Below are positions 1 through 11,000 of a DNA stretch of 64,000 bases, one piece after another. Each line of letters opens with the position of its first letter. Within the stretch, counting starts at the first letter, position 1. The stretch spans positions 416,001 to 480,000 of the forward strand of contig CAVPQB010000006.1 in assembly GCA_963707505.1 (NCBI GenBank), written 5' to 3'. The stretch comes from an uncultured Gemmatimonadales bacterium (GTDB taxonomy: Bacteria > Gemmatimonadota > Gemmatimonadetes > Gemmatimonadales > Gemmatimonadaceae). The notes beneath the pieces are model-generated. The model was not told where the DNA came from, did no database searches, and worked only from the letters and a program-made list of their open reading frames with translations. The translations under genes were made by a program, and so were the position numbers.

Positions 1-956
1 AACATTGAAGGTGTAGCGCCAGTTGGCGGTCACTGTCGCGCCTGCGTCGCCTACTGCGAGCTGACTCGTCGCCTTTCCGAATAGCTGCTGCGCGGTCACG
101 CTGTCGATCACCGCGCCGGCTGGAGCGGCGATGAGCGAATCGCTCACCGGCATTCCCACGCGTGGATGCATCACGGCGGCGGCGGCCGATGCGTCGATCG
201 GCTCGATGAACAGCACGCCGGCGGCGCCTGCCGCCAAGGCGCGCTCATCCCGTCGCCCGAACGTCCGCACGCCGCGGGCGCGGTTGCGCGCATCGTCGGC
301 AATGGCTGCATCGGCGCCGAAGCGATCCGGGAGAGAGTCGCAACTCGGGACGCGCCCGGTGCCACCCTGGCTCTCCGGCACTCGCGGTCCGCCCACGAAC
401 ACGGCGACCTTCCCGCGGAAGCGCGCCGGGTCGAGCGCGACGGTGTCGCCGAAGCGGCCGGCGAAGACGACTGGCACGTTACGCAGCGCAGCTTTCGCGC
501 CGGTCCCGCTGGCGGCACTCGGCGCTAGTGGAATCCATCGCGCGCCGGCAGAGAGCGTCTTCTTTCCCACCGTGAGTTGCGGTGCCGCGCCCTGGAGTGC
601 GAAGGCGCCGTACGGGAGATCCTGGAAGTACGTCCCCTTCTCGCCCGCTGGCTCGAGGCCGAGTCGATGGAAGACGTCCGCAATGTAGGCAGTCGCCTTG
701 TAGTCACCCAGTGCGCCGATCTCGCGACCCTGCATGGAGTCGTCGGCGATCTGGTAGAGCCGCGTGCGGAGGTCATTCGGCGTGATCGCCGATTCCGTTG
801 CGCGCGGCGTCCAGGTGCGGGGACCCTCGTCGGGCCAGACGGGACGGTCGGAGCGCGGCGCGGCCTGCTGTGCGGAGACAGCGGAGACGGATGCGGCGCT
901 CGTCGATCATAGAGAGTGATGAGCGCGGAGCGAACGAGGCGAGGGCGGTCGGTCAC
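1..956 (-). CDS. M28-family secreted metallopeptidase, partial (runs off window start), apparent frameshift in signal peptide near 907
   Basis: Manual minus-strand translation gives ITPNDLRTRLYQIADDSMQGREIG..ATAYIADVFHRLGLEPAGEKGTYFQ, a typical M28 N-terminus. The signal-like MTDRPRLVRSALITL (GTG 956) is in another frame, and there is an in-frame TGA at 907-909. Confidence 0.65.
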
Positions 957-1149
957 AATAGTGGTCCCGGGGGCAGAGTTGCAGCAGGGTGCGTCGGCGG
1001 CCGCCGGCGGCCGTGCCGGCGCTGTGTCGGTATTGGTCACACGTTAGCAGGGAGAGGGCTGCTCGGATAGGGTCGTGGGTGCCTTGACTCGCGTATCATC
1101 GGCTCGTACCGTATCGCGCATCGTCTGGCACCCCGTATCGAGACACAAC

Positions 1150-2574
1150 ATGCGTCGATTGTCGGCTCTCAGCACACTCGTAATGCTTGCCGCGCCACTA
1201 TCAAATGTGCACGCGCAGTTCGGCTTCACCAGGGCATTCACGCCAGCCGAGTTCTCGGCGCGTCGCGCGAAAATCATGGAAGGGATCGGCGACGGTATCG
1301 CCGTGATCCAGGGCTCGGCGGAGATTCCGGGCTCACTGAATTTCCGCCAGGGAAATCAGTTCTTTTATCTGACGGGCGTGGAGGTTCCGCGCTCGGTTCT
1401 GATCATCGATGGCAAGGCGCGCAGTTCGACGCTGTTTCTTCCGGCGTTCAACGCGGCGGAGGTGCACAACGGCGGGCCGGTGATCATTCCCGACGAGGCG
1501 TCGCGCAAGATTGTCGGAGTCGAACACGTCATGGTTCGCGACTCCGTCATGTCGGTGCTGACACGTCTGGCCGCCGAGGGGCGGCAGTTCTACGCGCCAT
1601 TCGGCGGCGAGGTGCGCGGGGCGAGTTATACATCGCATGTAGTTGCGTATGATAAGGCGAATGCAGCCGATCCACTGGATGGACGGCTGTCCCGCGAGCA
1701 GCAGTTAGTTGCGAAGCTGAAGACGCTGACTGGAAAGGACGTTCAGGATCTCGATCCAATCGAGAACTCGCTGCGCGCGCTCAAGAGTCCCGCGGAAATT
1801 GCGGCGATCCGGGAGGCATCGCGGGTCGCTGGACTCGGTCTCATGGAGGCGATGCGTGCCACCAAGCCTGGAAAGTACGAATACCAACTCGGAGCCGCCG
1901 CCGATTTCGTATTCCGGAATCACAATGCGCAGGGATTCGGCTACGGCGCTATCATCGCCGTCGATACGAATGCCGTCTGGATTCATTATCGTCGCGCGCA
2001 GAGCCGGATGGCTGCGGGCAGCATGCTGTTGATGGACTATGCGCCGGACATCAACTACTACACGTCAGACGTTACGCGCAGCTGGCCGGTGAGCGGCAAG
2101 TTCACACCACGCGAGCGCGAGCTGTACGGCATCTACATCAAGCTGTTTCAGGCGGTGGAGTCATCGATGAAGCCGAACGTATCGGCGGCTGACATCAGCA
2201 AGGAAGCTGTCGCCAAAATGGACAGGATCTTCGCCGAGTTTCACTTTACCGATCCGAAGATCAAGACCGCGGCGGCGCAGTTCATCGATAAGTATCGCAA
2301 GGCGCCGCGGTCGTTGGGTCATACCGTTGGAATGGCGGTGCACGATGTCGGGTCGTTTCCTGTGCTGACGCCGGGAATGGTGTTCGCGTTGGAGCCTGAT
2401 CTGACGATTCAGGATGAGCGTCTGTCGGTGCGTATCGAGAATGTGTATCTGGTGACGGATACGAAGGTGGAGAATCTGTCACCGGAGGCGCCGGTCGACA
2501 TCGATGGGATCGAGAGGGTGATGCGGGAGCAGGGGATTACGGAGCATGCTGCTGAGGCGGTGGCGCAACCTTGA
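1150..2574 (+). CDS. Xaa-Pro aminopeptidase (M24B, aminopeptidase P family), secreted
   Basis: FRQGNQFFYLTG, KSPAEI, YTSDVTR, GHTVGMAVHD, EP and RIEN motifs. Signal peptide starts at ATG 1150. Confidence 0.85.
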   Translation: MRRLSALSTLVMLAAPLSNVHAQFGFTRAFTPAEFSARRAKIMEGIGDGIAVIQGSAEIPGSLNFRQGNQFFYLTGVEVPRSVLIIDGKARSSTLFLPAFNAAEVHNGGPVIIPDEASRKIVGVEHVMVRDSVMSVLTRLAAEGRQFYAPFGGEVRGASYTSHVVAYDKANAADPLDGRLSREQQLVAKLKTLTGKDVQDLDPIENSLRALKSPAEIAAIREASRVAGLGLMEAMRATKPGKYEYQLGAAADFVFRNHNAQGFGYGAIIAVDTNAVWIHYRRAQSRMAAGSMLLMDYAPDINYYTSDVTRSWPVSGKFTPRERELYGIYIKLFQAVESSMKPNVSAADISKEAVAKMDRIFAEFHFTDPKIKTAAAQFIDKYRKAPRSLGHTVGMAVHDVGSFPVLTPGMVFALEPDLTIQDERLSVRIENVYLVTDTKVENLSPEAPVDIDGIERVMREQGITEHAAEAVAQP

Positions 2575-2688
2575 TCGGTCGGCCGGGGTTGGGTATTCAT
2601 TTTGCCAACGCGTGCAGGATGATAGCGGATAGGTGAAATGGCGGCGCCTGAAGTCAATTCAGGCGAGCAATTTGCAAGGGTATGTTGC

Positions 2689-3636
2689 ATGACGCCGTCA
2701 CCCACTTCCTCGCGGCAACTACAGATTCCGGCCGACACGGACGACGTGGATGTGCGCGTCGGAAAGCGAACGGTGCGCCTCACGCATCTTCGCAAGATGT
2801 TCTGGTCGTCGCGCAGGATTACGAAAGGCGATCTGTTGCGTTACTACATCGCCATTTCGCCGGCGCTGCTCCCGCACCTGCGCGACCGCGCAATGGTGAT
2901 GAAGCGTTATCCCAATGGCGCATCCGGAAAGTGCTTCTTCATGAAGCGCGCACCGAGTCCGCGTCCTGACTGGATTGAAACGTGCGCGATCGAGCATGAT
3001 TCCGGAAATGTCATCGATTTCCCAATGGTTCAGGATGTTGCATCGCTCCTTTGGGTGGTGAATCTCGGCTGTATCGATCTCAACCAATGGTACGCCCGCT
3101 GCGACGATGTAAATCGGCCGGATTACCTGCACTTCGATCTCGATCCCGCGAAAGGCGCGTCGTTCTCGCGCGTGCAGGATGTGGCGCTGATCGTTCGAGA
3201 GGCGTTGGACCATCTCGGAATGCCTTCGTTCGTCAAGACGAGCGGCGCTACGGGAATGCACGTGTACGTACCCATCGTGCGCGGTCCCCTGCAGAAGCAG
3301 GTGTGGAGTTTCGCGAAGGAACTTGCGCGTGCCATTGCTTCCAGTCATCCGAAGATCGCGACTGCGGAATACATCATCGCCAAGCGTCCGTACGGCCGGG
3401 TATTCGTGGACTACAACCAGAACGCGTGGGGCAAGACGCTGGCGTCGGTGTATTCCGTGCGCCCGACTCCGCACGCGACCGTGTCCACTCCGGTCAGCTG
3501 GGAAGAGGTAGAGCGTGGCGTGGATCGCGACGCGTTTCGGATGGATACGGTTCCTGAACGTGTTGCCGAGCTCGGCGATTTATGGGCGCCGCTTCTCTCT
3601 GCTCGCGGGCGCGTGAAACTTGAAAAATTTCTATGA
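2689..3636 (+). CDS. LigD-type primase-polymerase (stand-alone NHEJ/Prim-PolC polymerase domain)
   Basis: ITKGDLLRYY, KRYPNG, FFMK, FDLDP, KTSGATGMHVYVP, VFVDYNQN, SVYSVRP motifs. Confidence 0.9.
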   Translation: MTPSPTSSRQLQIPADTDDVDVRVGKRTVRLTHLRKMFWSSRRITKGDLLRYYIAISPALLPHLRDRAMVMKRYPNGASGKCFFMKRAPSPRPDWIETCAIEHDSGNVIDFPMVQDVASLLWVVNLGCIDLNQWYARCDDVNRPDYLHFDLDPAKGASFSRVQDVALIVREALDHLGMPSFVKTSGATGMHVYVPIVRGPLQKQVWSFAKELARAIASSHPKIATAEYIIAKRPYGRVFVDYNQNAWGKTLASVYSVRPTPHATVSTPVSWEEVERGVDRDAFRMDTVPERVAELGDLWAPLLSARGRVKLEKFL

Positions 3637-4676
3637 CTCTTCCTCTCAAGTACAGCTACGCACCGATGGAGGCGCAGTCCGTCCCAGAGCTTCCAACGGG
3701 ACGACAATGGCAGTACGAGCCCAAGTGGGATGGCTTTCGGTGCATTGCGTTTCGAGATGGCGCAAAGGTGGAGCTGCGATCGAAGGCTGGCAAGTCGCTG
3801 TCCCGCTACTTCCCGGAGATCATAGCGGCGCTACGCAAAATACGCGCGAAGAAGTTCGTGCTCGATGGGGAGCTCGTCATTCCGCACGGCAAGGCGCTGT
3901 CATTCGATGCGTTGCTTCAACGAATACATCCAGCGGCAAGTCGCATCAGAAAATTGTCGACGGAGACACCGGCGATGTACGTCGTGTTCGATCTGCTCGT
4001 CGGGGAGCGCGGTCGCGTGCTGGTTGACGACGCACGGAAAGAGCGTCGGTCAGCGTTGGAAGCGTTTGCGGATCGTTATTTCGATGTGGAGTCCGGCTTC
4101 ATGCGTCTATCACCATCGACGCGATCGCTTGCCATCGCACGACGCTGGCTCGAGGGACGCGCTGGGTTGGACGGCGTGGTCGCAAAGCGCACGGATCTGC
4201 CGTACGAGTCTGGCAATCGTACTGGAATGCAAAAGGTAAAGCGGATTCACACTGCGGATTGTGTGGTCGGAGGTTTTCGATACGCAACCAAGGGTCACGT
4301 GGTCGGGTCTCTGTTGCTCGGTCTTTACGATTCCGACGGTCTGCTCAACCACATCGGGTTCGTATCATCGTTCACGGCTGAAGAAAGGAAATCGATCTTG
4401 CCGAAAGTCGAGAAGCTCATCAAGCCACCGGGATTCACTGGTCAGAAGCCCGGCGGCCCGAGTCGATGGAGCACAGATCGTTCTGCGGATTGGCAGCCAT
4501 TGGCGCCAAAACTCGTCGTGGAGGTTACGTATGATCACTTCTCCGGCGATCGCTTCCGGCATGGGACGAGCTTCGTTCGCTGGCGTCCGGACAAGGCGCC
4601 ACGCCAGTGTACGATGGAGCAGGTGAAACCGCCGGTGGCGAATGTGTCGAGAATGTTGCGAGCGCCGGGTCGATAA
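3633..4676 (+). CDS. ATP-dependent DNA ligase, LigC type
   Basis: EPKWDGFR adenylation motif, LDGELV, VFDLL, DGVVAKR, FRH..FVRWRPDK. ATGA overlap with the upstream polymerase. Confidence 0.9.
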   Translation: MTLPLKYSYAPMEAQSVPELPTGRQWQYEPKWDGFRCIAFRDGAKVELRSKAGKSLSRYFPEIIAALRKIRAKKFVLDGELVIPHGKALSFDALLQRIHPAASRIRKLSTETPAMYVVFDLLVGERGRVLVDDARKERRSALEAFADRYFDVESGFMRLSPSTRSLAIARRWLEGRAGLDGVVAKRTDLPYESGNRTGMQKVKRIHTADCVVGGFRYATKGHVVGSLLLGLYDSDGLLNHIGFVSSFTAEERKSILPKVEKLIKPPGFTGQKPGGPSRWSTDRSADWQPLAPKLVVEVTYDHFSGDRFRHGTSFVRWRPDKAPRQCTMEQVKPPVANVSRMLRAPGR

Positions 4677-4776
4677 GATTTCCGTGTTGGGGGAATCGGC
4701 ATTGCGCTCTGCTTTCGCGCATGACTACGTGACTCACATCTAGAAAAGCAGGCGAACCAATCGTAGGCGAACGAGT

Positions 4777-4908
4777 GTTTGTCGCATTTTGTCGCGCGAC
4801 AAGGTGCGACTGTCGCGCGACAAAATGCGACAAACGGATGGGTTGCTGGCGCTAAGTCGTTGTCTTAACGCGACTTAGCGTTTGTGTTGTTATGGCACTC
4901 GGCGTGCC
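4777..4908 (+). promoter_or_regulatory. Putative sigma54 promoter with enhancer-like palindrome and IHF-like sites
   Basis: Perfect 25-bp inverted repeat (4777-4801/4811-4835), 10-bp inverted repeat (4850-4859/4871-4880) containing CAA-N4-TTA, and TGGCAC-N7-GC with GG at 4894-4895 and GC at 4906-4907. Confidence 0.65.
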
Positions 4909-5064
4909 TATGCCGCCAGTCATGTTGCCAATCGTGCTGCCATCGTCGCTGCCATCACCCAGGACGCATCTCGTGCGTCACCGGATCGCGTCTACACCGG
5001 TGAGAAGTATCCCCGCCTTCTGGCTGCTCGGTCGACTCATCCCCTCTCACGCCCCCGCATCGTC

Positions 5065-8000
5065 ATGAGTAATTATCCGAGATCGGATTCTCGCATTGCT
5101 CTCATCTTGCTTCGCTCGGCAGTCGGGATCTGTCTCTCGGCCGTCGTGTTGTGCTCAACACTCACTCCGGCACTGTTGCACGCCCAAGGCACGAAGCCAG
5201 GTGCAATGCCGATGATAGGTGGCAATGCGATACTCGACGTGAGTCCGGCGAACGGGAGCACCACGGCTGTTGGCAACAGCACCTCGCAGACCTACGTGTT
5301 CTATGTCGAGAATACGGGGACAGCGAATACCACGGCGACGTTCAGCATCAGCTCCTGTGCCGGAGCGGTCAGCAACTGCTCCCTGTCGCCATCGAGCGCA
5401 TCAGTTCCTCATGGAGGCAGCGTTCCTGTAACTGTGACGTTTCATACGGCAGTCACGGGTTCAGGTACCATAATGCTCACCGCGAATTGGGGCGGGTCTA
5501 ACTACATAGATGGTTCAGTTACGGTGACACTGCCGAGTGCGACGCCATCAGTCGCGGTAGGCGCCAATCCTAATTACTCGGCCGAGAGCTTTCAGACGAA
5601 CGATCCCAACTTCACCGTCACGAACAGCGGAAACACCGCCTCGTACTACTCGTTCATGGTGACACAGTGCTCGGGCAACGTCTCCAACTGCTCGGTAGCG
5701 ACTCCCAACAGCAGTATCTCTCCCGGCAGCTCACGACCGGATACGGTGAGCTACACTACGGGCCCGTTCCAGAACGGCAACGGTACGATCGCACTTCAGG
5801 TGACCTCTCTCCTTACGGGCGAGGTGAGCAGCGGCACCGTAACCATAGTTCCGCTGTCGCCCGCAGTGGCAGTAACACCCGATACGGGTACGGCCACCGC
5901 CAATCCGAATACGAGTCCGGTGGCAACGTTTGTCGTGAGCGATACTGGTAACTCGAGTCCGGTAACCTATAATCTCACATGCGGATACTCCGGGACCGTG
6001 ACCGGTTGCTCGGTGCAGTCGAGCGTCCAAGTGTACCATGGCTCGCCGCAGAACGTGAGCGTCACTTACACGACGAGCGGGAGCCCTGCTGGCGGTGCAG
6101 GTACTGTTACGGTGAGCGCAACTCCTAGTGGTTGGCAGGCTCATAATTACGCTGATCAGGGCAGCTACAACATTAGCGTCGCTTCCGAACAGGCGGCAAC
6201 AACTCCCGCTCCGGCCGGTCCCGCGTACGATGATGTGAACGCTACGGTGACGCGTGCATTTGCGATTCACAATCCGAATGCGTTTCCAGAGAACTACATG
6301 TGGAGCGCGACATGTGCAAATGCTGCCTCGTGCAGCGGTCAGAGCGGGGCCGTTTATGTACCTGCGAGTTCGACTGTATCACAAAACGTCACATATACGG
6401 CAGTCACATCTCCCTCGAATGGTACCATCACTTTTTCTGCTAGCGACGCGGCCGGAAGCTCGAGTGCGGTACTTACGGTCGTGCTCAACACATACGCGCC
6501 AGGTGTGGTGCCATCCAGTGGTGGGTCCGGATCACTTGTAACCGGGCAACAGGTCGTCGATACGTTCGTTGTCCGGAATCAGGGAAATCAGGAAGCGAAC
6601 TATTCCCTATCGGCAACCTGTGACGGAGCGATCCCGCAGCAGAACTGCCTTCTCGCCAATTCGACGCAGGCCCAGCAAGGCGTAGATCTTCTACCGAATG
6701 AAACTGTGTCAGTGCCGGTACGCTGGAGCGCTACGGGTACCCCGGTCACCAGCCACGTTTCATTGACTGCGTCCTTCACCGATCTGCATGCCACGCCCTG
6801 GACGAATACCGGAACCAGGACCCTTACATATTTCCCGTGGGTTGCTCCATCCATAACGGCCAATGGGCCGCCATCAGGCGGATTTGCTCCTGACGCAGTA
6901 GGACTCGTCCAATCGTTCATGGTGACGAATAACGGGAGCACGAGCGCCACCTACGACTACCACGCTTCATGCGTCGATGCAGTTGGCGAGGCTGCGGTAC
7001 CGACAAGTTGTGCCGTCGTCCAACCAGCTCCATATACAGTCACCGCTGGCGAGAATGCAACGGTACAGGTCAGTTTCAACAGTGGTGACGAGGGCACTTC
7101 GTCCACGATGACTCTAGTTGCTACCGAAGGCACTGATAGTACCTCCGGTCCGGCGACGATTGCGATCAACCAGCTTCCGCCGACGGTTACCACGGCCACG
7201 CCATCGGTCGCAGATTATAGCGACGTGCCTGTAACGCGCTCGTTCATGATCCACAATCCGAACGCAGTGGGCGAATCCTACTCATGGACTCTTGCGTGTC
7301 ATGGGGTGGCGTCGTGTACAACTAGCTCGGGCTGGGCTGCCGTAGCAGCGAGGGACAGTGCTAGCATCGGCGAACAGTACACGCCATCCGGTGCGCCGAA
7401 CGCGACGGGTACGATGGTCGCAACAGCGAGCAGCCTCAGCGTTAGTGCGACTGATTCGATTGTGATCCGGATCAAGAGCTACACGCCGCAAGTTACGGCG
7501 GTGGGCTCGCCAGACACCCTTGCTGCTGGCGTTGTGGATACTGCACACTTCACGGTCAAGAATATCGGACTCGACTCGATGGCTTACGTGTTCACCGCAT
7601 CGTGCGATAACACCGCTGCGATAACGTGCGTGCAGCCGCCATCCACTCCTGTGCCCTTGCTACCGTCACAACAGACGACTGTGGCTGTGCGGTTTACTGC
7701 CGGAGCGAATTTCACGTCAGGTGGTGTCATGCTGCATGTCTATCCGAATGGGAGCGGTATCTACGCAGACTCGGCGACCTTCGCGATCATTGTGCGTACT
7801 CCGGGCTCACTGACTGTCAATACGGATTTCATGAACAGCGACAATCAGGACATGAATGCGTGTGCGGCCTCTTGTTTCGCGGCCCAGTACACTCTCAGTA
7901 CGGCCCCATTCTACACGCTGAACACCCCGCGTACAACTAGCCTGGTTTACAATAGCGATCGCGTATCACCGAGACCCTTCATCTACGCCGACGTTTCTCC

Positions 8001-11000
8001 TAATACGCAAGCTGGACCAGTTCAACAGTATCTGCTCCAGGTCCGGAAGAATGGTGTGAATCTTCCGTTCACAAACGGCGACGATACGCTCTTCTTCGCC
8101 GGCAGCTCGGTTCCGATCCGTCTGACTGGTCAAGTGGACATGTCGAGCTACGATACCGACTTGTATCCGGTCGACGTGATGGTGACGGCCGTGTACGGCG
8201 GTGGTGGGTCCGAGACGGTTACATCACATACGCATCTTCTCGTTGTGAACGAGAGTCATTCTCCGGTCGCCAGAGGATGGACGCTCGTAGGCCCGCAGCA
8301 TATCTATGAGCGCGACAGTGTTGCCATCATCACCGACGGCACAGGTTCGGCTGAGGTATTTGCCAAGTGTGGTACTTATTGCTACCAGGCGCCGACTGGC
8401 GACTTCTCGACGCTCGCGGTGATAGATAGTAGTGCCGGTGCCCCTCGTACCTGGATCCGCACCTATCCAGATGGCACGCAGCTCTACTTCGGTGTGACTG
8501 GAGATGACTGGATGACGTACGATCACGTCGGCCGTAGCGCTTACATTGGTCATGACACGCAGAGCCGCGTAACCGAGCTGGATGATCCAGGGCTGACGAA
8601 ATCGTGGGGATCATATGCCACCAGTGTCGGATACGATGCCAATGGTATCTCGTGGATTCGGGAACCGTCGCAGCAGGCGTGGCGTGGACGCATGCTCACA
8701 TTCCGGATCGGCACCGATTCGCTGCTCTATGCTGCGTACACAGCCGACAGCGACAGCACCGTATTCACTTATGACAGCCAGCGCCGCCTGACGACCGTGC
8801 GGGACATGAATGGCGCTGTTACCACCTATACGTACGATTCCGTCACCGGGAAGGTCGTTCAGGTCACTGGTGCCGCCGTTCCGACTGATGCAGGCGGCGG
8901 ATCGACGACTCTGCAACAGCCCACGGTCGTGTTCACGCCATGGCAGTCAGTTGGCGTACCAAGGGTACATACGAGTAGCTCGACACCGGCGACGGCCGTC
9001 GAAGCCTCGGCCGTGGTGGCCAAGGTGCAGGACCCGGCTGGTGCGGTGACGCAATTCACCGTGGACCGCTGGGGACAGCCTCTCATCACTACCGACGCGA
9101 TGGGGAATGTTACGACCATCAAGCGATCCGGAATGGTTGCCACCGAGGTAGATGAATCACAGGGGCGCAAATCACTCTATACTTACGAAGGGCCGAACCT
9201 CACCATAAGTCAGCCCGCCGGCGACAGCGCGACCCACTATCACTATGGCTTGAAGAGCCAGGTCGACAGCATTTGGGGGAAAAGTGTAGTTCCGGAGGCC
9301 CGCGGTTTCAATTCTGACGGCACGGTGGCCTGGGTGCGCCAAGCAGGCGATTCATCTCGCACGACACACTACACCTACGATCCGACCACGGTGCAGGTCG
9401 CCACGATCACGGACCCGTTAGGGCATACGACCGTATTGCAGTACGATGCCACGTTCGGCAATCTTGCCCGTACTACTGCGCCGAGTGGGCAGGTCATCTC
9501 GGCAACGTTCGATCGCTATGGCCGAGACTCGACTTCGTCCGCGCCCGGGCTTGCCACGACCACGACGCTGTACGACATAGTGAATCGTCCTGTATCAGTA
9601 AATGACGGCGCGTATACAACGCCGACCACGTTCACGTACGATCCCTTGGGCCGATTTAGCGTCGTGACGGATCCGATGGGGCAGAGCTTCCGCACGGAGT
9701 ACGATACGGTGGGTCGGGTGACGCGGCGGTATGACGCAACGGGCTTGGGCAAGTACAACAGCTACAGGTACGACATAGCAGGTCGCACGACGAGCAGCAC
9801 CAATCGCCGAGGCCAGCGGGTAGACATTACCTACGACTTGCTCGGACGCATGCTCACGCGCACCGATATTACAGCTGGCAACGTGGACCGATTCTCGTAT
9901 TCCGCGGACGGCCTGACCTCTGGATCGGCCAATGCCAATGCTGGAGATACGACGGACGTGGACGTGATGAATGCTACAAGCCAGACCACGACCTGGGAAA
10001 ACGGAGTTCGGTACTCGAACGGGCAGACATTGAATCCCTCCTTCAACGTGCCCGATACGTCCACTGTCACAGCTCTTACGTTTGGCGGAACGCCGTCGCA
10101 GCGCATAACTGGACGCGATCCGCTTCTCGGTGCTCTTGGAAGCGTTTCGCTTGGCGGTCATACGGTGACCTTCGGATATGACCATCAACTGGGCGTGCGA
10201 ATGAGCACGACCTATGTGCCGCCGACACGGACAACGGATGGCAGTGTGCGCGCGGATAGCTATGCGCCCTTCACGGCTCTGCCGGTCGAGACGTCATTCA
10301 GTGTCGCGCAGGTGGATTCAGTCCTGCACCGTGCCTACGGCTATGACTCGGCAGGAAGACTCACTAGCGAGCAGGTGGCAATCAACTATTTCAATGACGG
10401 CGACGGAGCCAGACAACGCCAGCGCCAGTTCAGCTATGATTCACTAGGGCGCCTGACGAATGTTACGGTGCGACGTGGCACGTGCATGCCTTGGCCATCG
10501 GACAGCACAGCCAGCGACTCATTGAGCTCATCGTTCGGCTGGCGCTATACCTGCGGCACGGTAGCGCCCGATAGCGGCGCCGTGTTCAGCTACGATTCCG
10601 TGGGAAACAGGACTGATCACAGCGCCATCATCACTGCCGGAGACCGGCTGGCCAGTTTCAACGGTGACACCATCACCTACGACGACGACGGCAATATGAT
10701 CCGCCGGTACAATCCTGTAACCGGAGCCGATCACCGGTATGTATGGAATGCGCTGGGCCAGTTGGACAGTGCGATCGTAGTGAGCGCGATCGACCCGATC
10801 AGTGGCCAGCGAACGACCGTGACCGAGCATTACGTGTACGATGCGGGTGGAAGGCTCGTGCACGTCGATGGCAGCCCAAACACTGGCTGGCTCGTATACC
10901 AGGGCGACCAGGTCTCGGAAGTGGTCCAATCTCAGAGCGCATACACTGACGTGGCTTATGACGACGGCACGGATCGGCCGGCGATGGAGTACATCCACAC

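Noticed and set aside
4882..5064. ORF-track N-terminal extension of the Rhs protein
   Set aside because: It overlaps the predicted promoter. The signal peptide starts at ATG 5065.
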